Assembly (NCBI GenBank): GCA_016933055.1 | Contig: JAFGBS010000002.1 | Coordinates: 60,001-92,000, forward strand | Length of the DNA stretch: 32,000 nucleotides | Source: Promethearchaeota archaeon | GTDB lineage: Archaea; Asgardarchaeota; Lokiarchaeia; Sigyniarchaeales; Promethearchaeaceae | Reading direction: 5' to 3' | Shown: positions 7,842 to 15,100 of the stretch, piece after piece | How positions within the stretch are numbered: position 1 is the stretch's first letter | How the letters are laid out: the number at the start of each line of letters is the position of its first letter | Notes under the pieces: model-generated | Databases searched by the model: none | The model's input: the letters and a program-made list of their open reading frames with translations, nothing else | What the model was told of the DNA's origin: nothing | Made by a program: the position numbers and the translations under genes

Positions 7842-8156
7842 TTATTGAAGTTTTTCTCTTTCAGTTTCGGGAATAACAAGATCAATTTCAATTGAGGAAA
7901 CATTGCTTGTCTTCCCATCGGGATTGGGTCGTTGTTCGGTATTGAGTCTTATCTCTTCGTATTCGGCTTCGGGTACAAATTTGTTTTTTAGTATTTCAGC
8001 TACGTCAACTGCGGCGTTAATGGCTCTTCCTCGTGCCTTTAGAGACACGAAACGGTTCTTTTTAATGATCAACATGCTGGCTGTTATATAATTTATTTTT
8101 GGACTGTTACCGATGTATACAGAGAGTTCGTCGTCGTTTTTTTTCTCTTGTGGCAT
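7842..8156 (-). CDS. albA: DNA/RNA-binding protein Alba, paralog B
   Basis: VYIGNSPKINYI, LKARGRAINAAVDVAEI, TSNVSSIEIDL. Confidence 0.95.
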   Translation of the reverse strand: MPQEKKNDDELSVYIGNSPKINYITASMLIIKKNRFVSLKARGRAINAAVDVAEILKNKFVPEAEYEEIRLNTEQRPNPDGKTSNVSSIEIDLVIPETEREKLQ

Positions 8157-8209
8157 TTTTCATGGATCCTTGGGGTGATTTTGATAGTAATGATAGTAAT
8201 GATAGATTT

Positions 8210-8258
8210 TTGTCGTATGTACGACTTGCTAGAAAAAATAGCTACAAATATATTTAAA
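8210..8258 (-). promoter_or_regulatory. Alba paralog B promoter/leader motif
   Basis: On the minus strand: TTTAAATA box (8258-8251), 22 nt, then CAAGTCGTA-N3-ACGACAA. A short tandem TGATAGTAA repeat (about 2.7 copies, 8182-8205) lies downstream in the leader. Confidence 0.5.
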
Positions 8259-8311
8259 TGTAAGTAATGGAAGTAGAGAAAGAGTTGGAATTGTTCTTGG
8301 AAGAATTCTAT

Positions 8312-8569
8312 TTATTGTCCAAATTCGATGAAAACAACATTATCTCCGCGTATGAGAATTTGACCTAATTCCTCGCGTTCTTCCACAAGTTCCCCGTTTT
8401 CATTCTCAATTTCATAAATTTGAGTGCACTGATCTAAAAATAGGTTCAAGTGTTGATCAAATGATTTAAGCTCGCCTCGAAACAGACGGTTTTTCTTTAT
8501 TTTTATCAGAATTATCTTGTCCAAGCTTTTCCGTAGTTCTTCAATAGGATCCCGTATTGATCTCTGCAT
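8312..8569 (-). CDS. Sm/Lsm-like archaeal protein (SmAP)
   Basis: Sm1 motif FRGELKSFDQHLNLFL and Sm2 motif LIRGDNVVFI. ATG at 8569 (MQRSIRDPIEEL). Confidence 0.93.
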   Translation of the reverse strand: MQRSIRDPIEELRKSLDKIILIKIKKNRLFRGELKSFDQHLNLFLDQCTQIYEIENENGELVEEREELGQILIRGDNVVFIEFGQ

Positions 8570-8669
8570 TTCTAGTTTCCTCCAAGGGAGAATATTATTA
8601 CATAGAGTGCGCAAAATTAAAAGGTTTTGAATAAATTTACGAGAGAAAGGAGTGAATGGAGCATTAGAC

Positions 8670-10007
8670 TTATGGATTCATCAAGTTTTTATTTTTTTTA
8701 TCTTTCAGATAGTGTTTTAGTTCCTCTCCCACAATTTCGTTAACAATGGCGTAAAATTCTTTATCGCTTACCCCAGAGGTAATTTTAGCTAAATCTTTCT
8801 TAATCCTTTCAAAAATCTTTCTTATATCATCTTTAGGTGCTTTTTCTTGATGCTCCTTGACTTTCGCTACAATTTTACCTAAGACCTCTTTAGGAAAATC
8901 CATATCAATCAATTTGAGTTTTTCGGATAATGCATTGATTATTGCGCCACTACCTGATAATTTTCCCAAGTAAAATTTGCGGTTCCTTCCCACAACCTTT
9001 GGATTAATAGGTTCATAAGTTAAGGGATGACTAAGCATCGCATTTACATGTAACCCACTTTCATGACTGAAGGAAAATGGCCCTACTACGGGTTTGTGCA
9101 TGTTCAAAGGCAAACAAAATAAGCCTTCAACTAATTGACTTAATTCGTATAATTTTTCCAGTTTTATTCCTGTTTTTATACCCAGTCGTTCCAAATTCAT
9201 TACAACTTCTTCCAAAGCAGCATTTCCAGCGCGTTCTCCGTATCCATTTACGCAAGTATGGGGGTATTTTGCACCATATAGAACTGCTTGTACAGTATTA
9301 GCTACAGCAAGTCCGAAATCATTATGCATATGCACGCCTAATCCGATGGAACCATTAATACCTTGAATTTCTTTTTTGATTTTTTCAACTAAGTAGGCAA
9401 TAGAAGAGGGAATCATAACTCCAACAGTATCACTTAGGATGATGCGTTTTACTCCATTTTCCACGGCAACTTTATTCACATTTAGCAGATGATCCCATTC
9501 GGCCCGAGAAGCATCTTCAGACACCCAATTTACAACTAATCCGTGATCTATTGCATACACGATCATCTCTTCAATTAAGCTGATTTCTTTGGAAGGAGTC
9601 AGTTTAAGAATATTCATCATTAATTGAGAAACCGGCATGAAAAGAACGATTTCATCCACATTCGCTTGAATGCATGCATCAATATCGGATTTTCGAGGAC
9701 GCGCTATTGCAAGAATTTTACTACGGCTAAATCCCTCATTAGTGATAGTTTTTACAGTTTCTAACTCCGCTGAGGAAATTGCAGGAAATCCCACGGCAAT
9801 AAGCGAGACTCCAATTTCATCTAGAGCTTTGGCAATGGTGATTTTGTCCTCTTGCGTCAAATATACACCAGGAGATTGTTCTCCATCTCGAAGTGTTTCA
9901 TCCCATATTTCAACCTTCTTGGGATAATCTTTAGGGAGCACTCCCATATCAAAATTATAATCGTAGAGTTGATCTCGTACTTCCCTACTGGAGAATCGAT
10001 ATTTCAT
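8670..10007 (-). CDS. DRE-TIM metallolyase of the 2-isopropylmalate/homocitrate/citramalate synthase family
   Basis: DETLRDGEQSPG, VHMHNDFGLAVAN, NGYGERAGNAALEE, HESGLH. No recognisable LeuA C-terminal regulatory domain. Confidence 0.9.
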   Translation of the reverse strand: MKYRFSSREVRDQLYDYNFDMGVLPKDYPKKVEIWDETLRDGEQSPGVYLTQEDKITIAKALDEIGVSLIAVGFPAISSAELETVKTITNEGFSRSKILAIARPRKSDIDACIQANVDEIVLFMPVSQLMMNILKLTPSKEISLIEEMIVYAIDHGLVVNWVSEDASRAEWDHLLNVNKVAVENGVKRIILSDTVGVMIPSSIAYLVEKIKKEIQGINGSIGLGVHMHNDFGLAVANTVQAVLYGAKYPHTCVNGYGERAGNAALEEVVMNLERLGIKTGIKLEKLYELSQLVEGLFCLPLNMHKPVVGPFSFSHESGLHVNAMLSHPLTYEPINPKVVGRNRKFYLGKLSGSGAIINALSEKLKLIDMDFPKEVLGKIVAKVKEHQEKAPKDDIRKIFERIKKDLAKITSGVSDKEFYAIVNEIVGEELKHYLKDKKNKNLMNP

Positions 10008-10018
10008 ATAAATATCCT

Positions 10019-10063
10019 CAACTTGTCGACAGTTGATTCTGAGGTTGCTTCTTTATTAATAAA
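10019..10063. promoter_or_regulatory. Palindromes in the divergent LeuA-like / GPN GTPase promoter
   Basis: Near-perfect palindrome CAAC(T)TGTCGACAGTTG at 10019-10035 and perfect TTTATTAATAAA at 10052-10063 (TATA-like on both strands). Confidence 0.35.
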
Positions 10064-10142
10064 TCTTCATGGTGTTTTCGAAAATGAAAAAAAAGATGGG
10101 GGATTGTATACTTCATTCTTCGAATTAAACAAAGGTAACAAA

Positions 10143-10922
10143 ATGATATTCAATTATTGTATCGGTCCTGCAGGATCCGGAAAAACCACTTTAATAGCTA
10201 CGACGTATAATTATCTAACCGAAAAATACAAAGAATTACGAATCATTACCGTTAATTTAGATCCAGGGGTGAGAAATTTACCATATACTCCACATATTGA
10301 TATTCGGGATTACATTTTATTAGAAGAGGTCATGGAAAGGTATGGATTGGGACCAAATGGGGGATTAGTTGCTGCCACGGACATGATCATCGATAGTATC
10401 GAGGATTTGAAATTTGAGATTTCTGAGTATAATAATCCCGATGTTGTACTAATTGATACACCAGGTCAGATGGAGTTATTTGCATTTAGAAATACTGGAC
10501 CCATGGTAGTTAGTTCTTTAGGTTATGGAGACGTTCAAAAAGTGGTTTCATTTTTATTTGATCCAACCATTTGTCGACACCCCAGTGGTTACATTTCCAC
10601 AATGTTCCTTGCAGGATCAGTTCTATATCGTTTTGCGAATATTCCTCAAATAAATGTGTTATCTAAATCCGACCTTTTAGAACCGGATATCTTGGAACGG
10701 GTTCTCGCATGGAGTGAAGACTATGATAAATTGTTCTTAGCTACTGATAAAACTGAACGGGGGTTAGTTCGAGAATTAGATAGTGGTATATCAGAAATTT
10801 TTGAACGTTTACAAAACTTTCCCCGTTTACTTAGTGTTTCTAGTCTAGAATTTACGGGAATTGAAGAATACTGGGGGGCGATTCAGAGAACTTTGAATTT
10901 TGATGAATCTCCCTATTACTAA
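10143..10922 (+). CDS. GPN-loop GTPase
   Basis: GPAGSGKTT, NLDPG, signature GLGPNGGL, DTPGQMELF, LSKSDLL. ATG at 10143; the extension to 9852 overlaps the LeuA-like gene. Confidence 0.95.
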   Translation: MIFNYCIGPAGSGKTTLIATTYNYLTEKYKELRIITVNLDPGVRNLPYTPHIDIRDYILLEEVMERYGLGPNGGLVAATDMIIDSIEDLKFEISEYNNPDVVLIDTPGQMELFAFRNTGPMVVSSLGYGDVQKVVSFLFDPTICRHPSGYISTMFLAGSVLYRFANIPQINVLSKSDLLEPDILERVLAWSEDYDKLFLATDKTERGLVRELDSGISEIFERLQNFPRLLSVSSLEFTGIEEYWGAIQRTLNFDESPYY

Positions 10923-10931
10923 AAAAGGGAA

Positions 10932-11064
10932 TGGGACAGGAGAGAATTGAACTCCCGACCACTCGGCTTCTGTACTATGTTAAATTAGTTCCCCAGCCGA
11001 GTATCAATCCGGTTACCTCCCCATTATGACAACGGGGAGAAATACCAGGCTAGACCACTGTCCC
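10932..11064 (-). tRNA. tRNA-Pro(GGG) with two introns: D-arm 21/22 (11007-11042, 36 nt) and canonical 37/38 (10968-10990, 23 nt)
   Basis: Spliced product GGGACAG TG GTCTAGCCTGGTA^TGAT A CTCGG CT GGG G^G CCGAG TGGTC GGGAG TTCAATT CTCTC CTGTCCC A folds as a cloverleaf. The anticodon is at 10994-10992. Both junctions fall in 3-nt bulges of relaxed BHB motifs. CCA is not encoded. Confidence 0.88.
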
Positions 11065-11162
11065 ACGTATTATATTTTAGAAGTATATTATCATATTCAT
11101 GAAGTTAAAAAAATTTTTCTATATCGCTAGATTATCAAGAATACTGGAATAATTTTCATTAA

Positions 11163-11237
11163 GGGTCCGTAGTCTAGCCAGGATAAGGTGCTGGCTTGCG
11201 GAGCCAGTTGTCGCAGGTTCGAATCCTGCCGGACCCG
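11163..11237 (+). tRNA. tRNA-Arg(GCG)
   Basis: Acceptor GGGTCCG/CGGACCC, G73, anticodon arm CTGGC-TTGCGGA-GCCAG (GCG at 11198-11200), T-arm GCAGG-TTCGAAT-CCTGC. No intron. Confidence 0.97.
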
Positions 11238-11349
11238 CTATTTTTCTTCTATTCCTTACTCATCTGTATTTATCTTCTGCGTAGTGCAAATAATTCGAAG
11301 AATATTATTTTTCTGTTTGGTTTAAAATTATCTTTCTGAGGAGAACAGC

Positions 11350-11643
11350 ATGAAAAAAAGAATTGATCCTTTAATTTTAGGAAAATCAGAAAACCTAATC
11401 CAGATATTTGAAACCAATAAAAATAATGAATTTCTAAAGGTTTTGCGAAAAGTTACAAATCTTATGCAGTTGGATGAAGATACTCCCTATACACAGATAT
11501 TGGCAAAAAATATTCGAAGCATGGCCACAGAAATTGAAATACGTATCGACGAGTTTTTAGACAGTAAAAACATACCCTTTCGAACAGAAGTGTTTTTACT
11601 TATTTTGTTCCAAGAGTTATTAGATACATTTGTGTCTAATTGA
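11350..11643 (+). CDS. Hypothetical small helical protein (97 aa)
   Basis: ATG preceded by GAGGAG, no overlap with other genes, protein-like composition. No motif recognised. Confidence 0.6.
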   Translation: MKKRIDPLILGKSENLIQIFETNKNNEFLKVLRKVTNLMQLDEDTPYTQILAKNIRSMATEIEIRIDEFLDSKNIPFRTEVFLLILFQELLDTFVSN

Positions 11644-12134
11644 ATTATTCTAATTTAAACATTCGTTGATTATAAAGGGAGAAAGCTAATAAAGAGGGGA
11701 ATATGGTTGTTAGGTTAATTTTTTGAATATTCCTATCATTGGTTAGCGTATGCCGATGGGACCATCAGATCAATATTATAATATACCTGTGACGTTAGGA
11801 GGGGTTTTGGGATCAATTGCGGAATTTTGCGTATATATCGGCTATATTGTTCCAAAAAGGCTGAGGGGACGGTGGATAGAATAAGGCTAATCTTGGGAAA
11901 GTTTTTTCGCGCATTTAATAATGGGTTAATGAAATACTTCTTCTGTTTTTTTAGTTTTCTTACTTAAAGAATCATAGAATAGCGGGGACCTACAATTGGG
12001 TTAATAATATAATTTAAATAAAACAGACAAAAATATCTCTTCACCGTTTTCGTCGCAATTTGGATATTCTTTGGTTAATACGCTATCGAACTACAAGATA
12101 ATTACACAATATAAGAGAATAAGGAAATATTAGT

Positions 12135-15100
12135 ATGGTAAATGCAGTTGGACAACCTCCACAAAATCCGAAAACCAATTTTGAAGATTTTTTTAGAAAC
12201 TACGAAGATAGCCCTAATCACTTCAAATATTTAGAAGAAATACAAAATGCTGCATTACGTAAAATCCAGTATATCTATGTCCTATTCGAAGACATTTTGT
12301 ACTATGATCCCTCCTTAGCAGAAATCTTACGGAAAGAGCCAGAAGAAACTTTAAAGCAAGGAGTGGATGCATTTAAAGATTTATTAAGGTATTATTCAAG
12401 AGGAAAGATCGACGATAAAAGGGACTATTTCGTTCGAATCACCACCAATAATAATTCTAATGAAGTAAATCTAAGAAAACTCCGAGCGGAGCATATTGAT
12501 AGACTTGTATATATTCATGGTATCTTGATACGAGCTTCTCAAATTATCCCACAAATCACTGAAGCAATATTCGAGTGCCCTGTCTGTCAGTTAGAAACCC
12601 GAGTTGAGCAAATTGAAAATGCTTTGATCGTGCCCAAACAATGTTCTAACTGTAAAAACAAATCGGGATTTATGGTAAAATCTAAGGACTCAAAATTTAT
12701 TGATTGGCAAAGTATTCAAATCCAAGAGTTACCCGAAGAATTGCAGCCAGGTCGTGTTCCTTATTCGATTAAAGGAATCCTAACGCACGATTTGGTGGAT
12801 ATTACTCGCCCTGGAGATCGCGTGAAAATCACTGGAATATTTAAAACCTATGTGAATGAAAATTCTCGAGGTAAAAAAACCACTCTCTTTACGCCTTATA
12901 TGAAAATCCTTAGCATTGAAGCACAGAACACAGAAAGAGATGCGTTGGATATAAGCCCCGAGGATGAGAAAGAATTCAAACGGCTTGCCGCAAAACCTAA
13001 TATCCAAGAGATTATTGCACGTTCTGTAGCACCATCCATTTTAGGAATGGACCACCTCAAAATGGCAGCTGCTCTTGCTTTATTTGGAGGAGTAAGGAAA
13101 CAAATGAAAGATGGGAGTGCACGTCGTGGGGATATTCATGTTTTATTCGTAGGAGATCCCGGTACAGGAAAAAGTATTCATGGAGACGAAAAAGTATATA
13201 TCGGTTATCCCGTGGAAAAAAAAATCAAATGGAATCAAATCCCAATAGGAGATCTTATTGATAATTTAATGAATGACAACAGGGAGGATATACTATCAAT
13301 AAATGGTTCGGAAATACTTCGATTAAATGAGAAAAATCAATTATTCACAGCTTCATTTAATTCTGATACATTTAAAACCCAGAAAGCAAAAATTATTGAA
13401 GTTAGTAGACATCAGACGGATAATTTAATTAAAATAACCACAAATTCAGGTCGGAGAATACTAACTACTCCCGATCACTCATTCAGTACTATCATTAACG
13501 GTAAACTAAAAGTGTTAACAGCAAATCAACTAAATCAAGAAATCTATCTTCCTGTCGCCAGACATCTGGAATTAAATGATTCACTAATAAGTAATTTTGC
13601 TGATATGACTATAAATATCCTTGAAAACGAAAATATAAGCGCCAACAATATTCATGAACCATGTAAATTATTAAAATCTAATCATATTGGGAAAATGGAA
13701 GCATGTGAAAATGCAAATATAACTCATGGAACATTTAATATATATACCGGCAATTTGGGTTCACTACCAAGAGGAGATTGGATAAGAACCAAGTTTGACA
13801 CACCGTGGTTTCCGAGAACCATACCATTTACTGAGGAATTCGGGAGATTAATTGGTTCTTATTTAGTTGAAGGAAATTCAGAAAAAACCATATTAAAGAT
13901 TACTAATACGAATGATGAAATTAAGAATATTCTATATTATGATTTTCACAAAATCTTTCAAAAATCTATTATCATCGAGAATGGATGCCTTTTATATCAA
14001 TCCAACATATATAAATGGTTTAAGATAAATTTTGGAACTTGTGCTACCAATAAGAAGATTCCATACCACTTTTTTATGACACCGAAGAAATTCCGTAAAA
14101 GCATACTCTCTGCATATTTTAGTGGAGATGGGTGGATTGAACTGAAAAGTGCGACTTTAAATGTATTAACCAAAAGTAAAGGATTAGCACTGTCTATATT
14201 GGATCTTCTAACTACTTTTGGTATTTATGGTTCCTATCATATTAAAAAGAAGAAGAAAGGGGAATATACGGATAATAAATATTACCAAATTAAAATCACA
14301 GGAAAAGAACTATATAAATATGCTAAGCTGATAGGATTTATTTCTGCGAAAAAACAAAGAACCCTTGAATCATTTGTCAAAACTTGGATTAGCCGTAAAC
14401 GATATCAATCCAATGACATAATCCCGAATATCGGGAATTTAATTAACGATGTAGATAATCAACTTGAACATGTCGGAAAACGAAGAAGTAGGGAAAGAAG
14501 TTATAAAGGAGAACTCTGGGCAAAAAACTGTAGACAACGAGTAGAAAGAATTTATTTACAAAACAAAGTTGAAAAATTAAAGGAGATATTTGAACAAAAA
14601 AATAAAGCATACTCAGATGAGTTACTACGTTTAGAGCAACTAGCTTATTCCGATATTTTTTGGGATACAATTATTTCTATAGAACCAGTAAAAGGAAAAT
14701 TCCTTGTATATGATATTGGTACCTCAGATGGACATTTTGTGGTTGCGAATGGTAACTTGATTGTGCATAACAGCCAGATTTTGAAGCAATGTGCGCATAT
14801 ATCCCCACAAGCAATTTATGCTTCCGGTAAAGGTTCTTCAGCTGCGGGACTTACTGCTGCTGTAGTCAGAGAAAACGATGCCGCGGGTCTATCGTTAGAA
14901 GCAGGTGCTCTGGTTCTTGCTGATGGAGGAAATGCAATTATCGACGAATTCGATAAAATGGATAATCGGGATCGTGTAGCTATCCATGAAGCTATGGAGC
15001 AGCAAAGTTATCACCCACAAACAGAAATTTTGACTACTTACGGTGAAAGAATTCAAATCGGAAAATTTGTCGACTTTTTGATGAAAAACCATTCCCAACA

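Noticed and set aside
8157-8311. rpl37e downstream of the Lsm gene
   Set aside because: No Cys-rich L37e-like ORF in any frame.
9852-10142. Long N-terminal extension of the GPN GTPase
   Set aside because: It overlaps the LeuA-like gene and the promoter region. The family begins just before the P-loop at ATG 10143.
11644-12134. Canonical ORB-type replication origin
   Set aside because: No ORB consensus with G-string and no cdc6/orc1 gene in the window.
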